From positions 50,282,001-50,346,000 of the forward strand of contig OZ076409.1 in NCBI GenBank assembly GCA_964187785.1: DNA of 64,000 nucleotides, read 5' to 3'. This DNA comes from Amphiscolops sp. MND2022 (lineage: Eukaryota). The notes under the pieces were generated by a model. It searched no databases. It saw nothing but the letters and a program-made list of their open reading frames with translations, and was not told the DNA's origin. The stretch's first letter is position 1. The number at the start of each line of letters is the position of its first letter. Below, in pieces: positions 51,084-62,000 of the stretch. Made by a program: the position numbers and the translations under genes.

Positions 51084-51680
51084 ATGTACAATTCCAACTC
51101 TAGCGATCAAAGGAAAGAAGACGTCTTTATTCTCGACCGAGATCAGCCAGCACAGCCAAGACAAAAGCCCAACACACCGCCGCCTAATTATAATATTATC
51201 ATTCCAACGCAGCTTACTATTACTTATGAAATAATTAAAACGGAAGATCTACACGTCGTCCTTGTCCATGAACAACCGCTCGAGAATGCAATTAACGCTG
51301 AAAACGAACAAGGAGTAATACGAAGATTTACTACAGACAATCCGGTTATACCAGATGATGAATTCGTGAGCCCAATCAGACGGTTCAATCAAGCAGACCA
51401 ATACAGCCCTGATTTAATTTTCAACAGCCCTATGAGCTCGATCAGTGAGACCGACAGCAGCTCAGAAGGCTACTGGTCAGGCAGCAGTTGGGAAAGCAGC
51501 TCTTCATGGCGATCATACGACTCAATGAGAGACGACCTCACTACTTTGTTTGATACACCGATACGATCCATTTCCCAATTTCTTCTTCCTGAGGGAACTG
51601 GGCAAAGAAGCCGAGGGCTGTCACAGCCCCACTTGAGCTGTGAGTACTGCAGCAGAGCCAACCCAGTCTTCAAAGAATAA
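51084..51680 (+). CDS. 198-aa Ser/Asp-rich ORF of unknown function running into the 3' LTR
   Basis: ATG-initiated ORF ending in HLSCEYCSRANPVFKE, encoded by the first 62 nt of the LTR. No recognised family. Confidence 0.3.
   Translation: MYNSNSSDQRKEDVFILDRDQPAQPRQKPNTPPPNYNIIIPTQLTITYEIIKTEDLHVVLVHEQPLENAINAENEQGVIRRFTTDNPVIPDDEFVSPIRRFNQADQYSPDLIFNSPMSSISETDSSSEGYWSGSSWESSSSWRSYDSMRDDLTTLFDTPIRSISQFLLPEGTGQRSRGLSQPHLSCEYCSRANPVFKE
51604..51618 (+). promoter_or_regulatory. Gypsy-2 polypurine tract (candidate)
   Basis: AAAGAAGCCGAGGGC immediately before the 3' LTR TG. Confidence 0.55.
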
Positions 51681-51875
51681 ATTAGGAAATGGAAGAAGGA
51701 GAAATGAAAACAGAAAACCAGGAAACAATCAGCCCATATAATCAGAAACAATGGCGCTAAATGATATGTGCAATATAATTGAATAAATAAATATACACAT
51801 ACATATATATTAGTATTTTTACAATTATACACATACATATATATACGTACTTACAGCATAACGGAGCTATGGTGC

Positions 51876-51923
<48 letters not shown>
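51619..51923 (+). repeat. Gypsy-2 3' LTR, left part, ending in (TAA)15
   Basis: Matches 19407-19695; (TAA)15 at 51879-51923. Confidence 0.88.
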
Positions 51924-51924
<1 letters not shown>

Positions 51925-54900
51925 TGTGGGAGGCTCTATGGTTTAAGCAACGGCCAATTTTCTGGCCATAGAGTGTCCAAGCCCTGAATTCAGGTTAGCC
52001 ATAGAGTGGTTTTACAAAAAGTCACATGTAGGAAACTTCCAGCATTACGGAAAGGTATTCACTCAAAAGCATTCCGGAAATGATTGCCGCATGCACTTGC
52101 GCAGCCTCGTCGCATAGGCGGAACTGGTAAATAACGATGACGTAATTAGACACTCTCTGGCTAGTGACGTAATCACCATTCCCGCCAATACCAATACCTG
52201 TGTGACGTAATCAGACAACTGTAATTTATACAAAGCATCCGGATGACATAACATTCATTTCAACACTGCATTCAATACGAATCATTGCGCTTGCTTCCAA
52301 TTTCTTTTCAAAAATTTTAAATTTCCTATAATCACTCTTTGATCACCTTTTGGTTACATATAGACACGTAATGGCTAGAGTACTTAGATCCGGTAGAAGA
52401 ATTAAAAATGCTTCAGAAAAAGACTTCGAACAATCAGAATTGCCAGCATCTAGTCCAGAAAACTTAAATTTAGACTCGAGTTTCGGTTTACCAACACCAG
52501 GGCCTCTTACACAGGCTATAATAGACGATTTAGCTGGATCACAGTCCATCATGCCAGAGCTCGACGAAATCGTGGAAAATGATTTTCTCCTGTTTTCCCC
52601 TAAAAAGACAGACAATTCCCCCTTTGAAGCCACCCATAGTCATGACGAAATACCCCCCGAAGTGTCTGAGACCGAACAAGGGCCGTCAACGATACCGGTC
52701 GAGCCAAAAACAGTGAAACGCGGAGTCAAACCAAAACAATCTGGTGAAATTCAGTGTCCTATCTGTCCAAAAAAAGTCAAATTCCTTCGTCAGCATTTAG
52801 TAAAGAGCCACAAATGGACCGGTGTCCACCTACGTTTCATTTTGAGTGTGTTTTCAACTAAAAATGCCAAAAGTCCCGTGTACGAATGCGCAGAATGTGT
52901 ATACCGATTCACTCATCGTCAGCGACATTTGAGTCAATTCCCTCAACATTCAGTCAAAAACATCACCCGAGACAATTGCAATACATTTCCAGCCGAAATC
53001 ATCAAATACATGAAAGAAAAAGGTGTCCTATCCGAGAGGGGCGGCGAATTGCTAAACAAATATCGCGATTATTGCATTGAAAAAATGAAACGACCACTTG
53101 CAAATTTCCAATTCGACGCAATTGCAAAGTTTTTCAGAGGCACACACAGCATGAAAAGACCTGAACTAGTTGGCAAATGTCTTGATGATTTGAAAAAAGA
53201 TCGCCAATATACTTTCAGCTCAGTACGAAAAATTTGTTTTGACATCAAACAGTTCATAAAGTGGATGAATGCCGGCTATCAAAAATCTTATCGAATAAAC
53301 AAGGTCAGTTTTGACGACTCGATCAATTTGTGGCTCAGTGAGACTTCTAAGGACTGCCTTAAAGAACAGTCAAAGCGAAAACAGGAACGATTTGCACAAA
53401 TTCCCACCATGGAATCGCTTTGTGAGATCCAAGACAAGGTGGAAAATTTCATTGAAAACAAATTAGAATTAGACTCGCCATGGCATACATTGACGGTATT
53501 CGAAAAATTGTCGCTGGTATTATTCCAGATTCACTCACGAGCCAATTGCCGTGTTGGTATTTTGTTGTCTTTTACGACCGAACAACTTGACGCATATGAA
53601 CCAGGGACCTTTATTCGCTCTAATGACCATAAAACCGGAAGTTTATTCACCAACTACGCCTATATAACAGCTTTTGAAAAGAAAGTTTTGCAAGAACTTC
53701 ACAGCGAATACGAAGAAAAATTTGGTATCAAACCGACAACAATTTTTCCCGGCCACGATGATAATGAATTCACGTCGCAATCGGCCACAATCAGCCGTCT
53801 AATGAAAAATTTATTTGGCAAAAAAGACGAAAAATTCAACCCGAATTCATGCAGAAAAGTTTGGGAGACTTTTTATGAGAAAAACAAGCAAAAAATTCCG
53901 GCAAATCTCCGCAAAATATTCGAGGCTAATTCGGCACACTCTGAAAAGACGCGTGAGAAACACTATGTAGTGCCCCCAACAGATATGGAGCTACAAAACC
54001 TATTCGATGCCACAAATGATATCCGGGTTCAATTTCGAAAAAAACGCGCCGAAAAACCTTCAGAAATAACTTTGACAGTTCCCAGTACTGCTTCTGAGGA
54101 AGCTGCTGACACTACTGAAGATGAGGATGGGCCTCAAGATGAATTAATTGCTTGTTCGTCAAAAAGTTTGTCCAAAAATGTTCAAGTGAAAACTGGTCAA
54201 AAAAGTGAAAAACGCAAAAAAGTCAAAAAAGTCTCAAAAAAGAATGAAAATAGCGAATCCGAAACAGACGACGACTCTGAAAGCGACGGTGATGGTAACG
54301 ACAAAGAATTTCTACCCCCGCGAAATGCAAAAGTGGTCAAAATTGAAGATACAAACATCAAAACAAGAATGAAAAATGAGGAATTGTATGATGAAATAGC
54401 CAGAAAACTTTTGAAATTCAGTAACCGAAAGTCTTTCCCGTTAGAAAAAGAGTATAAAAGAGCTTGTCGAATGGTGGCTTCAAAGAGAGCAAAGCTGTCG
54501 AAAGGCAACGTAAAAGACATTGTAAACGAATTGAAATTAAATGAGGAAGATACTGCGTTTGTTTTCAAAAAAGTTTATTGTAAGATGGTTAACGTTTACG
54601 CTACTGTAAAATTTTAGTCTCTACATAGATAATGAGTGACCCTTTTACTGCTGGTAATTACTGGATAGTTTTGAATTGCCTCAATCAGAGTTTTCAGTTA
54701 CTTTGTTGAATTGAAATTTGAGCTGCCGAAATCTCTTAAACCACCACGTGTCTATGTGTAACCAAATTTATAACAAAGAGTGTCTAATAGTAACTAGATT
54801 GACAATGAACGTCTAATAGTTATTTTAGTGCAAGCGGTGTAAAACGCCAGTAACACTGCTACAGTGCGTGTATAGACTGAGAACAACTTCTGATCATTCA

Positions 54901-55231
54901 TAAAATGATTGGCCAATGAGAAATGAGACCACACTTGAATTACGTCACACATTACGATTCGCATCTGATACTCTCGCTGGATGACCATAGAGAGTCGTAT
55001 AATCCCGAAATAGAAGCTGAAAATGTTTTGGGACCTGAAAACCATTCTAATCTGAAATGAGACACTTGGAATTATTTGCAATTGTAATCTTATCACCACA
55101 GAGAATGTTTTCCAACCATTTGATTGTCCTGAAAAAGTTTTGAAGAGTTTTTTGAGAAGTTTGAATTTTTGAGGTTGGCCATAGAGAGTCTGGGTATGAC
55201 ATAAAAAGTCCTATTATTAACGGGCTTTTAG
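51924..55231 (+). mobile_element. Insertion D: ~3.3-kb putative autonomous Crypton-like YR element
   Basis: Begins immediately after (TAA)15 and ends at an N gap. CCATAGAG(A/T)GT motifs cluster at both ends (~51967, ~51999, inverted ~51935; ~54985, ~55180). Contains one long YR ORF. Confidence 0.75.
52350..54617 (+). CDS. Zinc-finger tyrosine recombinase, ~748-755 aa, intronless and intact
   Basis: ZnF CPICPKKVKFLRQHLVKSH and CAECVYRFTHRQRH; YR residues RANCRVG, DHKT, NPNSCRK, SAHS, KHYV; acidic linker; C-terminal helical domain shared with the SET-YR protein. Likely ATG at ~52371. Confidence 0.88.
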   Translation: MVTYRHVMARVLRSGRRIKNASEKDFEQSELPASSPENLNLDSSFGLPTPGPLTQAIIDDLAGSQSIMPELDEIVENDFLLFSPKKTDNSPFEATHSHDEIPPEVSETEQGPSTIPVEPKTVKRGVKPKQSGEIQCPICPKKVKFLRQHLVKSHKWTGVHLRFILSVFSTKNAKSPVYECAECVYRFTHRQRHLSQFPQHSVKNITRDNCNTFPAEIIKYMKEKGVLSERGGELLNKYRDYCIEKMKRPLANFQFDAIAKFFRGTHSMKRPELVGKCLDDLKKDRQYTFSSVRKICFDIKQFIKWMNAGYQKSYRINKVSFDDSINLWLSETSKDCLKEQSKRKQERFAQIPTMESLCEIQDKVENFIENKLELDSPWHTLTVFEKLSLVLFQIHSRANCRVGILLSFTTEQLDAYEPGTFIRSNDHKTGSLFTNYAYITAFEKKVLQELHSEYEEKFGIKPTTIFPGHDDNEFTSQSATISRLMKNLFGKKDEKFNPNSCRKVWETFYEKNKQKIPANLRKIFEANSAHSEKTREKHYVVPPTDMELQNLFDATNDIRVQFRKKRAEKPSEITLTVPSTASEEAADTTEDEDGPQDELIACSSKSLSKNVQVKTGQKSEKRKKVKKVSKKNENSESETDDDSESDGDGNDKEFLPPRNAKVVKIEDTNIKTRMKNEELYDEIARKLLKFSNRKSFPLEKEYKRACRMVASKRAKLSKGNVKDIVNELKLNEEDTAFVFKKVYCKMVNVYATVKF

Positions 55232-55440
55232 NNNNNNNNNNNNNNNNNNNNNNNNNNNNNNNNNNNNNNNNNNNNNNNNNNNNNNNNNNNNNNNNNNNNN
55301 NNNNNNNNNNNNNNNNNNNNNNNNNNNNNNNNNNNNNNNNNNNNNNNNNNNNNNNNNNNNNNNNNNNNNNNNNNNNNNNNNNNNNNNNNNNNNNNNNNNN
55401 NNNNNNNNNNNNNNNNNNNNNNNNNNNNNNNNNNNNNNNN
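55232..55440. other. Assembly gap (209 N) at the D/LTR junction
   Basis: Run of N. Confidence 1.
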
Positions 55441-57064
55441 CATGTGAAACACACCGCTTAACGAGCGACCAAACAATTTTATAGCGAGACTGCGGCCTGG
55501 CAGCCGGCCTCAAATTCAGACCGTGAAGCGCCGGCCTGGGACGCGGCCTGAGAATAAACCACGCTGCTAAGCACAACGCGACTGAATTAAATGTGCTAAT
55601 GAATACATGTAAACGTTGTATTACCCTCTGCAGTAACTAAATGACGATATGAGTGCAATTGTCCTAATAATAGACCTTTCATAATAAATGCACTGAATAC
55701 GATGAAACGCGGCCTGGGATGCGGCCTGAAAAGGATTATGTACCAAGTTAATTATAAAAGCAGTAAACGTTGATGTTATTACATATTTTTGTTCAGGAAT
55801 AAACCTGGAGCTTATTAATTGTGTTCATGAATGATATTGTCGGTTAAATATTACATATAATGATTTTTTGCATGTAATTAGTGATTGATTAATAAACAAG
55901 CCTGGACCTCAGCTTGGGGCCAAGATTTAATTGTACACATTAATAACATGTATTTCCTATTCACGGTACCCGTTGATGTTGAATTACGTTAACCGTCGCC
56001 CAAGATGGTACTTTTGATAATATTCGTCACCAGTCTTTATTCTTTACCTCCTGAAGTAAATTTGTCCGTCCCGGACTGTGGCCTGGGGCTAATGCCTCAC
56101 AGTTCTCAGTCAAGTAAGCCTTGTTAACATCACATGAACTGTCCTATCTACTCATTTACTTTCCTGTGTGTGATTTTGTCAGTCTAAAACTAGAACGATG
56201 CTACCTTTATCAATCTAAGGAATGTTTTTGTAAAATATTGACTGTCATTCTTTTCCCCCATTCTCATATTCAGTTTGCAGTACTCTTGATGATTCACCAC
56301 TTTCAATTTCGCCAAGTTCAGCTTCGGCGTCTTGAAGGAGCGGGAAATTGGAGGCGAAGGGAAGCGGAGTCACAACTCAGACAGGAAGTGGACGCGTGCT
56401 TTCTTCGGAAAGCATGAACAAGCTGAAGGTCTGAGTTCGACAAAGCGGTACTGAACTTCCGGTTTCCCCGCTTGGGATGGACGCCGGGCTGAACGACATG
56501 TGAAATGTTGTCGTGGTTTTCCCGCTCTTCGGAGAGTGAAAGGTATAAATATGCTGCAATTTGGGAGCCATTAGTAGTTGAAATATTGTTTCGTTGCGAA
56601 GTAATAACTTGCCAATTAAACGACAATTAACATTTTGCAATCTGCATTTTCTTTGTTCGTCAGTCAGTTTGAATTGTTTCTTAAGAAATTTGAGATCGAT
56701 CCAAACAACATGCCTGAGCGAAGTTCTAAGAGGAAAGTCAGACGTGAATCAATCACTAGTTCAGTAGATGAACCAGAGTGTTCGAGCATGAGGACGGGGA
56801 ACGTCCCCAGCATTTCCGACAAAGACTTTGCTGATTTGACAGAAAAAATCGAAAAGTCGGTGAATAAACGGATTCAGGACACGGAAACCGGAAAACGTGA
56901 AATACTAAAAATGATAGAAAATTTGTCTTCTAAAATAGACTCGTTGACTGACAAGACGTCTTGCAATTGGAACCAGGGTTTGAATGGAGTAAACTCTGAA
57001 AACGTGGTACTAGAGAAAAGACCCATAGAATTAATTGAATTCCAACAAGATGTCAGTCAACACA
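55441..57064 (+). repeat. Gypsy-2 3' LTR, right part
   Basis: Matches 38374-39995. Ends ...GTCAACACA followed by the TSD CACGA. Contains the duplicated gag N-terminus (ORF 56635-57090). Confidence 0.88.
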
Positions 57065-58691
57065 CACGACAGAGTAAAAAGGCGAAATAATTTTAACAAA
57101 CGTAAGCACGGCGTGAAACATTCAAAAATTATTCCGAGACAAAATGAAAGTTCTGGTCTAATGTTTTCACACGCAAAGCTCTTTGCTATTTCCGGTTTTG
57201 TCTTCTGAAATTTCCATACTAATCTAAATGCTAAAATAAGAACGTTTTCTAAAACGGGATCAATTCGTTCTTCTCCACACTAAAATGAAACCTTGAAAAC
57301 AATATTTAACTCCGAGATCCTAACGGAGTTCAAACAATCCCCAATGAAAAGAACACACAAAACGATATAACAGAGATTGGTTTCAATATCAAAGGTTGTT
57401 GCTAATACCCACTTAAGACCCCAGTCAAAAGATTTTAACAAATGTATACAACGATATGACAGCGTCACTCAACTAAACTATTAACGAGTGTTTCTATTTT
57501 TACGGACCAATAGCGTCGATCTCTGGCGGAATTATTTGAGCTCAAGCTAACAGAATTGTATTCGGTTGTCCCTAGCAACGCTAATTATTTGAGAGTAAAA
57601 GAAAATGAATCTAAGCAAGCTCTCCGCTCGCTTTCCGTCAAGCCACAACTGTTCAACTATACCTAATCCTAATACGTACGGACCGCTCACGGAGCAGATT
57701 GTAAAGAAATGAAATTATACCTAATCTTAATACGTACGGAGCGCTTACGGAGCAAATTGTAAAGATTGGGGACACTCTAGTTCATAGAAATACATTCTTA
57801 AATTACGGAACAAATAGAGTTCAGGGAAAAAGAACTCACTGCGCCAAATATTTTCCCGTCCTACTCGTAATGATTAAAATTGTCGTGCTGCAGGTTAAGG
57901 CAAGGAAAATGACCAAATGAGTGCTTTGCGAACATATTTAAAAGGTGCTTTTTCTATCTTTGAGAAAAACGTCTTGGTTTCCATTATCTTATTATACAGT
58001 GATTAAATGATCTAATCATTATGATCTTAACTATGTAAAGCCGAGCCGTTGTGTTTAAATAACGTGATCACTATGATCTTTTGTACATGTAAAGTTGGTT
58101 TAGATTAGAAATTTGTTCTGGGACATGAAAATTCGACCTTTTCTCCGTACTCATTATTTTCTGGCATCATTTATTTCTTGCATGATGTAGCTTGAAAAAT
58201 TTCAGTATGCGGGTTAAAATTCCCCGTAATATTTTCGGAGTCATTTTTGCTTGTCATTCTTTTACCGCGGAAAGGTGATTTTCATCAGTCCTGCGCTGAG
58301 TCATTGTTCACGCGCGCGTACTCTCTTCGGTGGAAATCCAAATAGACCTTTATTTTGCCGCCTTTTTGAGATTAAACCGGAAATGGAAATGTTGACCGAA
58401 AATGATTTCAACAAGTGCTCCGTGAAGGAGTCGCAACTAGGAATTTTTAGTCGTGAAACATTGGTTGAAGGGTTGAAATAATAAGAATGATTAAGCAAAT
58501 TTCATGAATAAAACCGATTTTTAAGATTCCTAAGAAATTTTAGATGAGAAACAAATGATGCCAGGAAAGTATATATATCCAAGATTCGTAAAAGGATTCA
58601 TTCAATTTTTGTTCCGATAACACTCTGTTCGAAAAACTTAAAATTTTTCTTTGAACAGTTCCAAGTTTCCAAAGAATCTTTCGCTCCTAAA

Positions 58692-59073
58692 ATGATTACA
58701 AGAAGCCAGAATAGGAAAGCTGTAGAAGAATTAGTTTCTCCTGAGATCGAAACTCCTCTAGCCGGGAATAGTCAAAACATAAACCCTATAGTAGGGACAA
58801 GTAAATCTCCTAAAGTACATACTGGAGATCTAACAGAAATGAAGTCTACTTTTAGAAAAGAGATAATGTCTGACCTAGCCAAAATCCTGGCTGAAAACCA
58901 AAAGGAAATGTTGAAACTAATTGCAATAGTAGCTAAAAAACAACCTGCTTTAACCGTTCCTGAAAAAACTTATTCTGAGCCCGAAAACGTTCCGGCAACT
59001 GCAACCTCAACACCTGTTAAAACCAAAACTACTACGGTTAATCCAAAAACCACACCGGTTGATAGCCGTAACA
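58692..59073 (+). mobile_element. 3' end of a probable LTR of a related Gypsy family, containing a gag N-terminus
   Basis: ORF MITRSQNRK... with 'AENQKEMLKLIA' resembling Gypsy-2 'ETGQREILKMIE'. Sequence breaks after ...CGTAACA, mirroring the Gypsy-2 LTR that ends inside gag. Left boundary and TSD not found. Confidence 0.45.
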
Positions 59074-59099
59074 GTAGAGGTTGCCGCTAGTTCCAAAAG

Positions 59100-62000
59100 T
59101 TAATGACGAATGTTCTTGGAGGATGTTTTATCTTGTCTTTTTTAGCTGCAGTTGTTTTAATCGCCTCGTTTTGCGTTGTTTGGATATCGTCTGTCACATT
59201 TGTAGACGTAGATTCTTTTGACTGGGTTGCTGTTAATTTGCCAAATGAAACGTCTCCGAATTCGGTTTCCCAAGCATGCTCGTACCAATCGTCGTTTGTT
59301 GTTTTGACCTCAAGATCCGGAAGCTCGTTCCCGTTCTTCTTACAACGTAGTTGTCATTTGACAGTACTTTAACAACGATGCAGGGTCCGGTCCAAATGCA
59401 GTACTTGAATGCGATTTTCATTCACTGGTTTTCTGTTTTCGAATTTGGGACGTAGCAGTCCTTCATTTTCATAGGAGTTGCTGTTGCCACCTTGTCGTTC
59501 GTAGTGTCATGTATGTTTAGTAAAATTGCATCGGAAAACTTTTGGCAATTTGGTGAATTTCCCCTTTTTGTTTCTGTAATTCGTCAACTAGGTCTTGATC
59601 TGGGTTTTAATGGAATGCTGTTGTTGGCTCACAGCCCAAATTTTCATGGTTGCTTGTACTGTAATTCATTACCGCTATCTACGTTTTTATCCCCGATTGA
59701 TCGTCGTTCACCTGTAGGCTAATAGGACACGGAAGAAAAATTCCATCATTGCTATGTTCTGTTTGTATCTCTTTGATAGAGGTAAAATCTGTAGGATGTC
59801 CTTTTCTGAGCAAACTTCTGGACCCATTGTAATTTCTGTATCGCTAAGCAATTTCGGCCGTATTTTCCAGCCGTCTATTCTTTTGTTTGGTATGCAGTCG
59901 AAACAGTTGATTACCCAAGCTCTGAGTTTCCGTGCTAGTCAAGGATTGTAGTATTTCGGTTTGCTTTCTTGTATCATTATGGTTTTTCTGGGTGTTTGGT
60001 CATCTTTCGATGCAGCATTTTCAGAAGTTCAGTGACTAGATGTTTCGGTATCAATAGTTGGTGATGCGTTGCGGTTCCATCCTCACAATTTTTTCGCATG
60101 AGGGCACCTTCTCTCACAATGATTAGTTCTTCATAGAGTAGTAGGTTTCTTCCTCCCAGTGTTCTGTCTTGAGGAGATGTTTGTCGTATTTTCCGCGGAA
60201 GAGTCGCAGTTTCAACGGTTTTGGTGCAGGTCATCATCTTGTTCGTTTCTGATGCGCGCGATCTGTTTGATTGCTACAAACGCGTAAACAGCAGCGTTGA
60301 ATGATATTTTGGTCACAATTTTTGGTGATATTTTCCGGCTAGGGCGCGTTGTTTGCAAAAAGTTCTTGTTGGGACTCTTGCTCATTTGGGAGGAAGAAAC
60401 TTTGTTCTTCATCTGCCCATCAGGCGATTGCATGTTGACTTCTATTGGTGACGTTAGTATGTCGTTGTGCAGTTCCAGCTGTTTTTTTTCTTTGGAATTA
60501 AATTCAAGCAGTAATAGGAAACTTGCAGCTGTGTTTTGTGATATCCTCCTACGTCCATGATACGGAATTTGAATGGTAGAACGTAATAGCATGCTTTCCA
60601 TAGAGTCTGCGGTGTGATTTGTGTTTGGAAATAACTTTTTACTGATCTGTTCTGTGACAGTACATACCAGTGTGGGTAGAGGGGTTTTCCAGAGGCTGTG
60701 GCTTTATTTGGGGAAGGCATGGTATCTTGCTACGAATTTTTTGCACTAATTTGACAGATTCAGTTTAGAAGGTGAGAATACCCGTGATCCGAATGCTACC
60801 GGTGCAAATGTCTTCCGTTTGGATAGTAGCTTTCTATCGTCATTATCTTCTATAATCAGATCGAATCCTGATGCTGTGAAACTTGCGTCTGTCATAGGGA
60901 AATTTCGTAGTGAGAAGACCCGTGATCCGAATGCTACCGGTGCAAATGTCTTCCGTTTGGATAGTAGCTTTCTATCGTCATTATCTTCTATAATCAGATC
61001 GAATCCTGGTGCTGTGAAACTTGCGTCTGTCATAGGGAAATTTCGTTTTCCTGCAATGCCTTCTGGTAAGGCAAGGGTTGCGTTGATCGATTGGGAGTCG
61101 TTGACCAATTTCTCCAATATTGTGATCTTCTTATATAGCTTTTTAGTTCTTCGTTCATCCAAATCCATCTTTTAGAGAGTCGTGTTATGTAATTTCTTTA
61201 GTAATTTACTAAGGCGATTTACTTACTGACTAATTTCTTTGACTTTCTGAGGTGAATTTTTGCAAGGAATGTTATTACTTTGTGGTCCTGCGGTGCTACT
61301 CTGTCCTGTGTGATTGTTCTGCCAACGGATTCTACTTGGCTAACCCCAAAGTGGCATTTTTCGATTGTCAATTTCAACCCAGTTTTGCGAAATCGTTTGA
61401 AAACTGCTCTCATGTTGTGTAAAAGTTGCGTCTTGTTTAGGTATTCCCACCAAACTTGAGAAGGCTGACAAGGCCCTGCTGAGATCTGGGGCTAGTCTGC
61501 GGTGAGCGATCGTTGTGCTTGCGAAATTGAATGCAAGTAGTTCCTTTGACCTTTGTTCGGTCATCTGGAAAGACTGGTAGGCCTGAAAGGAATCAAGTTT
61601 GCAGAAAACAATTTTACCTGCCAGATGTTGATCTGCGTCTGACAGGGTGCTGGTGAGAACGTTGATCGTTTTAAGGTATTCTCGATCTTCGCCTGTTATT
61701 AGGAAATTGTTCCATTTTAACATTGACCGGAAATTGGTTCGTGATACTTCGCTTTCTTTGGGGTTTAGTTTTTTGAGTCCTTTTAGTTCTGGTAGTTCTT
61801 TACCAATGCGTTGCTGTATCGGGGTAAGCTCTTATTCGTTGCCAAATTTTTCCAGAGTTGGGAACCAGACCTTTTCGTCATTGCTGTCTGAGGGTTCGAC
61901 TGCATCAGTTCATTGACGTTCGTAACTACATCGGCGTGATTGGTTAGTAGGTTTAGCACTGCTATGTCGACTGGTCTGATGTCTCTTCTGGCTTGAGGAT

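Larger units (their letters stand above)
19407..57064 (+). mobile_element. Ty3/Gypsy LTR retrotransposon (Gypsy-2), decayed, with both LTRs interrupted by nested insertions
   Basis: TSD CACGA at 19402-19406 and 57065-57069; element begins TGTCA and ends ...TCAACACA. LTR halves match: 19407-19695 with 51619-51923 and 38374-39995 with 55441-57064. PBS follows 39995, PPT precedes 51619, and gag/pol lie between. Confidence 0.9.

Noticed and set aside
26806-54617. DIRS/Ngaro retrotransposon (RT plus YR) or prophage integrase
   Set aside because: Gypsy-2 has its own DDE integrase and a TSD. The YR genes lie in separate later insertions with no RT of their own, one has spliceosomal introns, and there are no phage genes.
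23566-55576. ORFs spanning the three N runs
   Set aside because: Artefacts of gaps translated as X.
55441-57064. Independent truncated second Gypsy copy or assembly duplication of 38374-39995
   Set aside because: It ends exactly at the LTR/PBS boundary, is followed by the TSD, and differs from the first copy by many substitutions.
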